Below are positions 1 through 10,128 of a DNA stretch of 64,000 nt, piece by piece. A program made the translations under genes and the position numbers. The stretch comes from an uncultured Alphaproteobacteria bacterium (GTDB lineage Bacteria; Pseudomonadota; Alphaproteobacteria; Rhizobiales; Hyphomicrobiaceae): assembly GCA_963833715.1 (NCBI GenBank), contig CAWHZB010000001.1:1185-65184 (forward strand), in the 5' to 3' direction. Within the stretch, counting starts at the first letter, position 1. Every line of letters begins with the position of its first letter. The notes beneath the pieces were generated by a model. That model did not search any database and was not told the DNA's origin. It worked only from the letters and a program-made list of their open reading frames with translations.

Positions 1-371
1 GCAGTGACGAACTGCTGTCAGACGTGCCCGTGGCCGTGTTCGTTGCCGACGGCGAACCATCGCCTGTAAGAAAGCACGCGCTTTTGATTTGAACCGGCGC
101 TCACCTTGTTTTTTCCTCGCGTAGGTCTGGTGGCCCCGATGTCACCCGACGCCAAGCGGTCGGGTCGCTAAACGCCGTCCCTTTCAACGAAGGTCGCCGC
201 CAGAGGCAAAACGGCACTTGGAGCGCTCGTAAAGTCGAACAGCCCAAAAAACCGAACGTGTTGCTGAGATCACAGGTCACTTGAAGCTGCTCGGTTCGTC
301 GGGCGCGTCAATCTCTATGACAAAGATGTCCTTAAATCTGAGTTCACTTCTCATGGTCCAGGGAGTCTCCG

Positions 372-2809
372 ATGAGTATAAAACTGGCAGCTGGGCTACT
401 TACCATGACGCTAAGCGCCGGCTTTGCGGTTCCGGCCGCCGCCCAGGAGATTTTGCCCTTTCCGCCTAAACCTTCGGGCAGCACAGCCGGGCGGACCATG
501 CAGGAGTCGAATTTACAATCCGCTCCCTTCTGCGAGCTATCTGCCGAAGGATGCGCCGAACATTCTCATCGTACTTATCGACGATGTCGGGCCTGCGCAA
601 ACCGACAGTTACGGCGGTGATATCCATACCCCGACGCTGACAAAGATCGCCAACGAGGGGATCTCCTACAACCGGTTTCATACCACCGCGATGTGTTCGC
701 CCACTCGCGCGGCTTTGCTGACCGGACGTAATCCCCATCGTGTCGGCAACGGTCAGATCGGGGAGCTGGCGAACGATTGGGAGGGATACTCGGGCGCCAT
801 CCCCAAGAGCAGCGCCACGGTCGCCGAGGTACTCAAAGACTACGGCTACAGCACCGCTGCTTGGGGGAAGTGGCACAACACGCCTGCCGAAGAAACCACT
901 ACCGCCGGTCCATTCGATAGGTGGCCGGCCGGCTACGGCTTTCAGTATTTCTACGGCTTTCTGGGCGGGGAAGCATCGCAGTGGGAACCGCAACTCGTCC
1001 GGAATACAGCCTACGTCGAACATCCTCGCACGTCCGGCGGCCACAACTATTATCATCTGAGCGAAGACATTGCCGACGACGCGATCGGCTGGTTGCGTGA
1101 GCACAAAGCGTTTGCGGCCGGACAAGCCGTTCTTCATGTATTGGGCATCCGGGGCCTCTCATGGCCCGCATCACGTACCGAAAGAATGGATAGACAAGTA
1201 CAAGGGCAAGTTCGACGATGGTTGGGATAAATACCGCGAGCGTGCCTTTCAGCGCGCCAAGCAGATGGGCTGGATACCGCCGGATGCGCAACTGACCCCG
1301 AGGCCCGCCACCCTGGCTTCCTGGGATTCGATCCCCGACGACGAGAAGCCTTTCCAGCGCCGTCTCATGGAGGCCTTCGCCGGCTTTACCGAGCACGTCG
1401 ACGTACAGGTCGGTCGTGTCGTCGACGAAATTGATCGACTTGGCTACGGCGAGAACACCCTGATCCTTTACATCTGGGGTGACAACGGCGCTTCGGCTGA
1501 AGGGCAAGACGGCACGATCAGCGAGCTTCTTGCGCAGAATGGTATTCCCACCACTACCAAACAGCAGATCGCGGCGCTCAACACGCTTGGCGGCCTCGAC
1601 GTGCTCGGCTCGCCGAAAACCGACAACATGTATCACGCCGGCTGGGCATGGGCGGGCAGTACGCCTTATCAGGCGACCAAGCTCATCGCCTCGCATTTCG
1701 GCGGCACGCGCAATCCGCTGGCCATCCGCTGGCCTGCAAAGATCAAGCCGGATGCCACACCTCGCGGGCAATTCCTGCACGTCAATGACGTCGTCGCGAC
1801 CATCTATGACCTTTTAGTCATCACACCGCCGCGCGTGGTCAACGGCGTTCCGCAAGATCAGTTTGACGGCGTCAGCTTTGCGAGCACCTTCAACGATGCG
1901 AGGGCCGCGGAGCCGAAACATACGCAGTATTTTGAAGTCATGGGGAGCCGGGCCATTTATCACGACGGGTGGATGGCGTCAGCGTTTGGTCCACGCATAC
2001 CATGGGTCACGGGCTTGCCCCCAGGCGTCAAGGAATGGACGCCGGACAAGGACAAATGGGAACTCTACGACCTAAACAAAGATTGGACGCAGGCCGACGA
2101 CCTCGCCGGCAATATGGCCGCCAAGCTCACCGACTTGAAGGAGCTGTTTCTAATTGAGTTCACCAAGAACAAAGGCTTGCCGGTCGGCGGCGGCCTGTGG
2201 ATCCCGGTGCTCCATCCTGAACTCCGCCTGGTACCCCCATACACATCATGGACGTTCCCGGGCCCAATCACGAGGATGCCTGAAGTCGTCGCGCCCGCGC
2301 TCGGTAACAAGGAGAACCTGGTCAGCATGGATGTCGACGTGCCGGTCATTGCCAACGGCGTGCTCTATGCGCTCGGCGGCTTTTCCGGTGGGCTCGCGTT
2401 GTACATCAAGGATGGCGTGCTGTCGTATGAATATAACCTGTTCGAGATTCAACGCACCGGCATTAAGGCCAAGGGCAAGCTACCAACCGGCAAGGTGAAT
2501 ATCGAAGTCCAGACGACTTATGTCGAGCGCAGGCCGGCCGGTCCTCTCAATGTGGTATTAAAAGTAAATGGCAACGAAGTCGCGTCCGGCATCGTGCCGG
2601 TCAGCGCCCCGCTGATTTTTACCGCCAACGATTGCCTCGACTTCGGCATTGATCTCGGCTCTCCCGTCGGCATTGAGTACTACGATCAGGCCCCCTTCAA
2701 ATTCAATGGCAAGATTGACGGGGCGCGCGTGGAATACCTGAGCAGTGCGCCCGCTCAGCTGCAACAGGAGAAGTTGCAAACACACGGAGAGATTCCGTCA
2801 CAGGACTAA
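372..2809 (+). pseudogene. Arylsulfatase (sulfatase family) split over three frames by two frameshifts (~508 and ~1115)
   Basis: Signal peptide and LPFPPKPS in ORF 372-620. NILIVLIDDVG and the CSPTRAALLTGR sulfatase motif plus GKWH in ORF 424-1230. PDKPFFMYW...HGPHHVP, GDNG and the C-terminal domain in ORF 1070-2809. The pieces join into one typical ~800 aa sulfatase. True pseudogene versus assembly error cannot be resolved here. Confidence 0.9.
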
Positions 2810-2828
2810 ACCGGCTGCCTTTTTCTTT

Positions 2829-2860
2829 TCAGGCGGGTCGAGGCTCAGGCGGGTCGAGGC
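2829..2860. repeat. Perfect 16-bp tandem duplication (tcaggcgggtcgaggc x2)
   Basis: Directly visible at 2829-2844 and 2845-2860. Confidence 0.95.
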
Positions 2861-3197
2861 ACGCAAGTGCAACTCGCCACGCGCTCAAATGACGAGCGAC
2901 TGAGAACTTGTGCACGATCTCTTGGTCGCGCGCGGTTTATGCAATTAGGAGCACGCGGGCTGGCATTTCCAAACGCGCGGGTAAGCCGCGCAGTTCCCCC
3001 ACCACAACCCATCAGCCTTTTCTTGCTTTTTTGCAGTCGCTGCTGGTTGGCGCCGCGTTTTGGTTCGGGCATGCTCGTTTTTGGGAAGGCTAGTGTCGTC
3101 CTTGCCGGAATCAGGCTTGAGGCCTTTAGACGGGACGGGCACATCCTGTCCGAGCGCTCGGTCGAAGTCGCTGGCCTTCCGCCCTTCACCCGTGGTG

Positions 3198-3421
3198 CTA
3201 ACTTTTCTTCAACAAGTCGGACAATTTTGCGATGTTCGAGGCGACCCTCCACGCTTCATCGATCGTCAGCCGGTTCACGAGGCCACGACGCACGGGCTCG
3301 TCTTCGAAATACACGTAAGCCAGCGGCCGACCGTTTGCATCTTCGACAACGAAGCTTTCGCCGTGCTCAACAAAACACACCAGGGCGCGGGAAGCCGACG
3401 GGGTTCGGCAGGCTCAGTCAC
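3198..3421 (-). pseudogene. Small conserved alphaproteobacterial hypothetical protein (RRxPxPW...[12 protein letters not shown] type), frameshifted near 3373
   Basis: GTG at 3421 gives [13 protein letters not shown]. After a frame change it continues [29 protein letters not shown]...IAKLSDLL, matching a small-protein family I recall from rhizobia. Confidence 0.65.
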
Positions 3422-3520
3422 CAGTCCACCTTATTTGGGCCGGATCTTTTCTGATCGTCGGCTATTCAGCGGTGCGTCACGCCCGACTAATGCGGGTTGT
3501 CCCCTTGCGGGAGATTTGAA

Positions 3521-3745
3521 TTACTTTCGCAAAATCCACGGATCAGCCACGACAGCAGCAACCAAACCGATACCCAATGCGCTGACTATTCCGAGCGGAA
3601 TGAGAAAGGGCGCCGCGCCGTAAATAGTTGCAAGAAAGATAGTGAGGCCGACGCCCATGGCAGACACTGCACCCACCGCGACGAGCACCGCGAGAGCGAT
3701 CCGGTTGATCCCGTTATCGGCTTCGGTCTGGGTCCTGCCGCTGCC
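3521..3745 (-). CDS. Possible small two-helix membrane protein or remnant (not in ORF track)
   Basis: Open frame RIALAVLVAVGAVSAMGVGLTIFLATIYGAAPFLIPLGIVSALGIGLVAAVVADPWILRK*, stop at 3521-3523. First ATG at 3658; no clear start or RBS further upstream. Confidence 0.3.
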   Translation of the reverse strand, partial: GSGRTQTEADNGINRIALAVLVAVGAVSAMGVGLTIFLATIYGAAPFLIPLGIVSALGIGLVAAVVADPWILRK

Positions 3746-4007
3746 TAGAGCTGTCTCTCAGAACCTTTGAGACAGAGTCCCATCGCTTCGGCCCTTGGTC
3801 AGCGCATCGCCTCCAAGGTCGGCGCCCAATGTCATTAGCGGGGATGCCCCGTCGAGTTAGGTCGTGGCGCCTTTCTCTAGAAGAGAAGGTCCCTGCAAGA
3901 CTTCTATCCCGACTGGAACACAAAACTCCTGCAGCCGAACTGAGGGATGGTTGGCAGGAGGCGGCCATTCCCATCTCTCGACCCGACCGCAACATTGATT
4001 AGGGCGG

Positions 4008-4376
4008 ATGATAGGGCGGTCTAAATGGCTGCCCCCGAATGGGTTCACATGCAAGGTCCATCACATGGAGGCGAAGGTGGGCGGCACATTCAAGATGTCG
4101 TTCGCCAACTTCACCACCGGCAGGGGTCATTCGTTTGGTGGCGAATACCTCGAGCTCACGCCGCACGAGCGGATTTGCTATACGGACAAGTTCGATGATC
4201 CGGGCCTGCCGGGTGAGATGCGCGTGACCGTGACCTTGAAAAAAGTTTCGGTCGGCACCGAGCTCCCTATCGAGCAAGCGGGCATTCCGCCAGCCATTCC
4301 CTTGGAGGCCTGTTATCTGGGATGGCAGCAATCACTTGCGCAGCTCGCGGTGCTGGTCGAACCGGAGATATTGTAG
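4008..4376 (+). pseudogene. SRPBCC/AHA1-like domain protein, 5'-truncated
   Basis: KWLPPNGFTCKVHHMEAKVGGTFKMSF...SFGGEYLEL...YTDKFDDP...CYLGWQQSL is typical. The usual N-terminal ~28 aa (beta strand plus RVYRAFLD helix) is absent in all frames upstream of ~4023. Confidence 0.75.
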
Positions 4377-4405
4377 CAAGCTTGATGAAAGCGAGGTAGT
4401 TGACT

Positions 4406-4574
4406 GTCCTTCAACGCTCCAGCAAAGCCGAAGCCATGCAGAAGCCCGAAGGCGAAGGCGACCACCCACGGATAACTCTCAGTCAACCGCCGTTTGCCGG
4501 GCTCGGCCTTCGCGAGCGCTTGCCACGAATGCGATGCTGAGCGCGATTGTCGCTTCCACGGGTTTCTGCGGCAG
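4406..4574 (-). pseudogene. Internal fragment of a HupE/UreJ-family membrane protein
   Basis: Minus strand reads LPQKPVEATIALSIAFVAS, then after a frame change (~4518) LAKAEPGKRRLTESYPWVVAFAFGLLHGFGFAGALKD. The FGLLHGFGFA motif is characteristic. Both ends of the gene are missing. Confidence 0.7.
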
Positions 4575-4822
4575 GCTCGCAGTCATCGATCATCCGCTCG
4601 ATCTTTCGCGTAGTCGATGCGCCACTGTTGAACCGTTCATTCTTCTGATTTCTCGTGGACAGCGGTGCTTCTGAAATCGGCAAGGCCGTGCACTTTACCT
4701 TGCAGCCGAATAACCGTAACGATCCGTCCATGTTTGGCACTGGAGTATGGGCCCCTGTATGGGCCGGTTCCACTAGGATCTGAGTAATAGCATATAGATC
4801 AAGGTGTTAATTGTGCAGTATC

Positions 4823-4909
4823 GCGGACGTGGTGGAACCGGTAGACACACAGGACTTAAAATCCTGAGAGGGTGACCTCGTGAGGGTTCGAGTCCCTCCG
4901 TCCGCACCA
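4823..4909 (+). tRNA. tRNA-Leu(TAA)
   Basis: Acceptor stem GCGGACG/CGTCCGC, D-loop GGTAGAC, anticodon stem CAGGA/TCCTG with loop CTTAAAA, long variable arm, GGTTCGAGTCC T-arm and encoded CCA. Confidence 0.97.
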
Positions 4910-4957
4910 GTAATTCCAGAACAGCTTCCAAGCATGCCGCGGATGCTTCGCGCAGGT

Positions 4958-4992
4958 AAAAAAAGACCGGCGGCCTTGTGGGTCACCGGTCT
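4958..4992 (-). terminator. Rho-independent terminator (minus strand)
   Basis: AGACCGG...CCGGTCT stem followed on the minus strand by T7. Confidence 0.7.
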
Positions 4993-5224
4993 CAAGTTGC
5001 CTGCTCGCCGGTCGGACGAGCAGGTCCAGGGAGTAGGTGGGCGGTGTGCAATCAGAATTCGGAAGACGGACCGATCGGAGCCCGAAAGAAGCGTGACCCC
5101 GATTCGAGCGTCTGAACATCGGACTCGCCCGGCTGCGACCGGGGAGGCGGAGCACCCTGTGTTGGCTTCGAATTCGAAAGCTTCTGCCGAGGCTTTAGCC
5201 GGACGAAGTCCCTATAAACTCGTG

Positions 5225-5452
5225 TCATAGCCGCGCCTCCGAGGGACCATTCTGCGTGCGACGGCGATTTTTGCGGCTCGCCGCGTGGGCGATGGCAGCC
5301 CGCTCCGCCAGAAGGGCGTTCGCAAAACGACGGCCCTCGAGTGCATTGTATTCATCAAGCGCTGCATGAAAGCGATAGTCGCGCTCGCCGTCTTCGCGGA
5401 TGATCACGCCGGCCTGGTCGTCGCCGACTTCAATGACGTAGGATTTGGACAT
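5225..5452 (-). CDS. Conserved small hypothetical protein (75 aa)
   Basis: YVIEVGDDQAGVIIRE...YRFHAA...ALEGRRF...AERAA resembles a small-protein family I recall from rhizobia. ATG start. Confidence 0.75.
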   Translation of the reverse strand: MSKSYVIEVGDDQAGVIIREDGERDYRFHAALDEYNALEGRRFANALLAERAAIAHAASRKNRRRTQNGPSEARL

Positions 5453-5541
5453 GGTTTTTCGTTTTGCCGGTCGAAACCGGCATCCTCTCGTGAATGAATT
5501 GTGCTTTGGTTGTTGTGCGGCTCATGCCGCTCGGCTGCGCC

Positions 5542-5634
5542 TCAACGACAACAGGCGAACAGCATCCGGGTTCCCGGAAGCATGCCGGGCATCAATTCTT
5601 TTTCAGGATAGGGAAAAGCTTTAACTTTGCTCAT
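5542..5634 (-). CDS. 30-aa small ORF / putative leader peptide MSKVKAFPYPEKELMPGMLPGTRMLFACCR
   Basis: AAGGAGA Shine-Dalgarno 5 nt before the ATG at 5634; TGA at 5542-5544. Lies ~90 nt upstream of the 75-aa gene on the same strand. Below the ORF-track length cutoff. Confidence 0.6.
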   Translation of the reverse strand: MSKVKAFPYPEKELMPGMLPGTRMLFACCR

Positions 5635-5908
5635 AGCGGTCTCCTTGAACCGGAGCCCACGCTTGACGTGGACCTTAGCGTTTTTTGACGCGGCGCAAGA
5701 CATCTCAAAATCACCGCGGTCGGCGCGGTCACGCGACGACGCCCCGATAGTCCGTTACGTAGGAGGTCCTGGTCAAATAACAAGTTCGGCAAAGCATTGC
5801 TGAATTCCAGATAAAACGGCCGCACGCGCGGTTGGCAGTTTGGCGATTTTCTGTTTAGAAGCAGTTCTCATCACATGGCTGGGTCAAGCCCGGGGACTTT
5901 TTGCAAAC

Positions 5909-6757
5909 ATGAAACTTGTTCGGTTCGGCGCGGCCGGCGCTGAAAAGCCCGGTATCATTGATCGGGACGGCACGATCCGTGATCTCTCTTCGCTCATCGC
6001 GGACTTGGAAGGCGAGCACCTCGCGCCGCACGCACTTGCGAAACTCCGCGACGTCGACGTTACAGTTCTGCCGAAAGTGCCTGAGGCGACGCGCCTTGGC
6101 CCGCCGGTCGCAGGAACGCGGAATTTCATCGCGATCGGACTGAATTACGCCGATCATGCCAAGGAAACGGGTCAGGAAATCCCGTCCGAGCCAATTTTGT
6201 TCAACAAGGCACCGACCGCGATCTCGGGTCCGCACGATGATGTGATTTACCCGAAAAATTCAAATCGCATGGATTGGGAATGCGAGATCGCGTTTGTGGT
6301 TGGCGCGCGGGCACGCTACGTCGAAGCCAAGGACTGGGCGAAATACATCGCAGGCTACTGCATCTGCAATGATGTCTCAGAGCGGCGCTTTCAAAGCAAA
6401 CGCGGCGGACAGTGGGTGAAAGGCAAGTCAGCGGAAACGTTCGGTCCCCTGGGCCCCTGGCTCGTCACGCCCGATGAGATCCCCGACCCGCACAACTTGG
6501 CAATGTCGCTCGACGTCAACGGCGTCCGCAAGCAGACCGGCACGACCGCGACGATGATTTTCAAGATCCCCAACCTGCTCGCCTATGTCACCGAGTTCAT
6601 GGTTCTCGAGCCCGGCGACATCGTAACGACGGGCACGCCGCCGGGCGTCGGCTGCGCGATGAAGCCGCCCGAGTACTTGAAGGTGGGTGACGTGATGGAG
6701 CTGACGGTCGAGGGCCTAGGCATGCAGCGCCAGAAGGTCCTTGCATTCACCGCATAA
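5909..6757 (+). CDS. Fumarylacetoacetate hydrolase family protein
   Basis: MKLVRFG...EKPG, IGLNYADH, DWECE, NDVSER, KGKS..TFGPLGP and TGTPPGVG motifs. Confidence 0.93.
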   Translation: MKLVRFGAAGAEKPGIIDRDGTIRDLSSLIADLEGEHLAPHALAKLRDVDVTVLPKVPEATRLGPPVAGTRNFIAIGLNYADHAKETGQEIPSEPILFNKAPTAISGPHDDVIYPKNSNRMDWECEIAFVVGARARYVEAKDWAKYIAGYCICNDVSERRFQSKRGGQWVKGKSAETFGPLGPWLVTPDEIPDPHNLAMSLDVNGVRKQTGTTATMIFKIPNLLAYVTEFMVLEPGDIVTTGTPPGVGCAMKPPEYLKVGDVMELTVEGLGMQRQKVLAFTA

Positions 6758-6784
6758 GTTGCCCTAACGGCGCCCTCTCGCGAA

Positions 6785-9700
6785 TTAGACGTCGCTGTCA
6801 TCCGGAAAATCGTCACTGCGCGGCGGGTGCTTATTTAGAAAATTAGGCATTTCCTTGCCGGGCCGAATTGCGAGCCTTTCGCGGATCTCATTCCAAGACC
6901 GCGGGCTCGACAGGTTGAGTTCGCCGAGCCCCTGGCGCACGTATTTAAGCTGATCTTTCAACGCCTGCTCGCTGTGCTGCAGGCCGTCGTCGAACTGCGC
7001 CGCGTTTTCGAGTTCTTCGATCAAATAATCGATAAGACGAATTTCCGGAAACAGCATGTAGAGAATGAGATCGTCGCGTACCCTGCTGTCGACGCCGACC
7101 AGTAGCGAGCGCTTCCGCTCGTCTCCGTCAATTTCGCCGAGCAGGCGCGAGAATACTTCGCTGAGATCGCGATCCTGCGTATTCTGAAATTCGCGAAGCA
7201 GCGAGTTCGAGCAAATGGTTTTTCTTGCTGTGCGCGCCGAGTGCTCTCCAGGCCTCTCGCATTCCTTCGCGTGACTCGGCAGATTTTAGTCGCTGGTCGA
7301 CGAGTTCCGAAGTCAGGCCGACGGCCGAGAGCAAAGCTTCGCGGTAATGGGCAATGAGGCGTGTGCGCTCATCTTCCGAAAGCGGCTGCAGGTGAGGCAG
7401 AGCCGGCGGCCGCGGTTTTTCGATTTCTGGTGCGCGCCGTTCCTTAGGAAGCTCGGTGCGCGCGGTTCTAAGTGCTCCGCCATCGAGCGCCGGGCGGGCC
7501 TGGACACCTTCGAACCGGGCGCGATCGTACCCGTACCCCGCTAACTCGGGCGCCGTAGCACGGATCATTAGGAGCGTTTCATATAGCGCAGGGCGAATGT
7601 AATAGCGGTCTTCGATCTTGACGTCCGGCGCCACGGCCTTGACGGCCGCACCCGCGTTCATCACGCGGCGTACAACTCGCGAAGTCATAATCGTTGTCGA
7701 TTTCGTTCAGCGTCACCATTGATGTGAAGCCTTCCGTCTCGCGGATCGGCTCCAGCGTGTGCAGCACGATTTCGGCGTGCTCGCGCGGATGCGGAGCCAG
7801 CGCGGCAGAAACGAGTTGGTCGAGGCGCGCCCGTTCTTTTGCTGTCGTGTCGGTCTTGAACTGCTTGTCGCAGACGCTCGAGAGATATTCGCGAAGTTCA
7901 CTCCGAACCTTGTAGCACTCGGGCTCGTGGCTCACGTTCTCGACGGCACCGATGTCGGCGCCGGCCGTCAAGACCATGCGCACCCGATCCGCCTGCGAGC
8001 GCTCCATGCCGCTTAAATTCGCGAGCGCAGAAAATCCATCCTGATTGGTGATTGGTCTTAGCGACGTCAGCGTCAGCCAAGCATTCTCGTAAGGATGGGC
8101 TCCAAGCGCGGCGTTGATCGTCGCCTCGAGTTGGGCGCCTGACCGTGATTTGAAGCTCGGAATGTCGGAGAGCGGCGAACGCACGGCGTTGGCGCCGAAC
8201 AGACCCGACATGAAGATCAGCCCATCCAACCCGATCGCGATGGCGAGCGCCAGGTAGGCGAGTCGGTTGCCGTCCTGGAACGCGTTCAGCGTCACGACGA
8301 AGCGATGCGCCTTGTCATCGCGCGAAAGCTCGATGCGATTAATTTTCGTGCGCAGCGCGTCGGTGTCGTTGCTCGGCAGCGCGCTGTCGGAAAGGCACTT
8401 GCGCGCGAAGCCGAAGAGAGCGTCTGTCGACTTATTGGCATTGAGCTTGTCGCCGCCGGTGCACGTCTCGTTAAAGACCTTTGTGCCGGCCTGGAGCGCG
8501 AAAAGACCGGATGCTGCATCGGCCGTCGTCTTCGGATCGCAGTCGATACCGGAGAGCAGCGGCTTCGTCTCAGGCGTTGCGGCAAGTGCGCCATAAATGT
8601 CGTTGCAGGTTTGATGCACGCTGGCGAGGTGTTCGGCGGTCGGCTCAGTGCGGAACTCCGCTTTGAGGCGCTCAAACATCGGCAGAATTCGCGATGGATC
8701 GATCGCCGGACCGGCGCCATCTTTCGCCGTGTCTTCGGTCAGCTTGATCCGCTGTTGGGCCGTATCCGCCTCGCCTTTGTATCTTGCAAGGTCGCCATCG
8801 ACATTTGCCAGTTCTGTGTCGATCGCGGTGAGGCGGGATTCTACGGCGCCCAGGCGCTTTTGCGCGTCTTTCATGCGCTCCTGAGCGATCTGCGCGGCGC
8901 TTTGGAGCAGCGCAAGTTCGCTCATGCGCTGGCGGTACATGGGCCCGCGACCGACCTTGCCCGAGCCCTCTACGCCTTTGTCTTCGGCGAGGGCTTCGAC
9001 GCGCTTGGCGTCGACCTCTCTCAGTTTGGCGTCGTAGTCCGACTTTTTCGTTGCGAATTCCGCGGCGAGTTCAGGCCGCTGACCCGCGAGCCGGGTTTTT
9101 TCATCTGTCAGAGAGGTCTTGCGGCCGGCAAGACCGGCCTGGCCAGCCTGCGCCGAAGACATACGCTCTTGCTGTTCCTTGACGGCTCGGCGGCGGTTTT
9201 CGAGCAGCTCGTTGACATAGCGTTCGATAGCCCCTTCCGACTGGGCCGAAACCTTGCTGATGTTGTTGAGCTGTTGCTCGTAGTCCTTCCAGGCCTGCGT
9301 CGCGAATAGGTCTTCGGCGAGATTGGCGCGGCGGCTTTCAATCGAATGTTCGATGTCCGAAATAATACCGGAGACTTGATTTTGGGCACGGAGCTCGGAG
9401 GCGCGAACGCGCTCCGACTGCGGGAAGATCGCCGTGAAGAAGCTGTCGAACGAGAAGAAGACGCTGGTCGCCATGCAGGCCAGAAACATGACCCACAGCA
9501 TCGAATTGCGGATGATGACGCGAACGACCTGCACGTAGGGCTGAACGAGGTCGCTGGCGGCGTAGAGCGCGAACAGCGCCACAAGCAGCACGCCCGCACC
9601 GAACATCACATACTTATTGCCGGCCCGAGACCAGTTTAAATCCTCGACACTGGCGTGATTGACGTCCGCCTGTCCGGTCCACTGCAGAAACATGACGAAG

Positions 9701-10128
9701 CCGGCGATGAACAGCAAAAGGCCAATTACGCTACCGAGCCATGGCTGTGCAGCCGCGCTGACAAACCCCGAGCGCCCCGAGCGCTTTTGCGCGTTCATTC
9801 CCGTCGCAAAGCTTTCGCCGATCAACCACGCGACGATCAGCATGATGCCCTGGATGCCGAACGTCACCATCCCGGAGAGCAACGGCTCGCCGGTGAAATT
9901 GTACATGCCTTCCCAGGTTCGCCAACCTGCCGCCAACGAAAGCACGATGCCGGTCGTACCGAGCAGTGCCAGGCGCCAGTTTGAAAATACCGTATCTTCG
10001 ATTGTTGCGATCAAACGCCGGGCGACGCGCGTCCTGAGCAATAGGATGAAGATGCAGGCGAAAAAAATTGTGATACCGATCGGCCTGGCGTTCTCAGCCA
10101 GCTTGTCGATCAAGAGCTTGACGTCCAT
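6785..10128 (-). pseudogene. Large (~1100 aa) multi-TM coiled-coil membrane protein of unknown function, two frameshifts (~7683, ~7205)
   Basis: ORF 7579-10128 has 6 TM helices, a long coiled coil and a 7th TM. It continues in ORF 7128-7688 and then in a frame that runs LLREFQNTQDRDL... into ORF 6785-7057. An internal repeat spans the first junction and supports the join. Confidence 0.75.

Noticed and set aside
3745-3850. Riboswitch-like hairpin CTGTCTC...GAGACAG
   Set aside because: Does not match the glycine, fluoride, SAM-alpha or guanidine consensus as I recall them; a single hairpin with no clear downstream gene.
7195-7690. Programmed ribosomal frameshifting in the large membrane-protein gene
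   Set aside because: No slippery heptamer or stimulatory structure at either junction; the single-base indels resemble the many others in the window.
8305-9309. 334-aa plus-strand ORF (and similar long ORFs at 42591-43631, 45663-46856, 50439-51287)
   Set aside because: Antisense shadows of well-supported genes in GC-rich DNA; no recognisable motifs or RBS.
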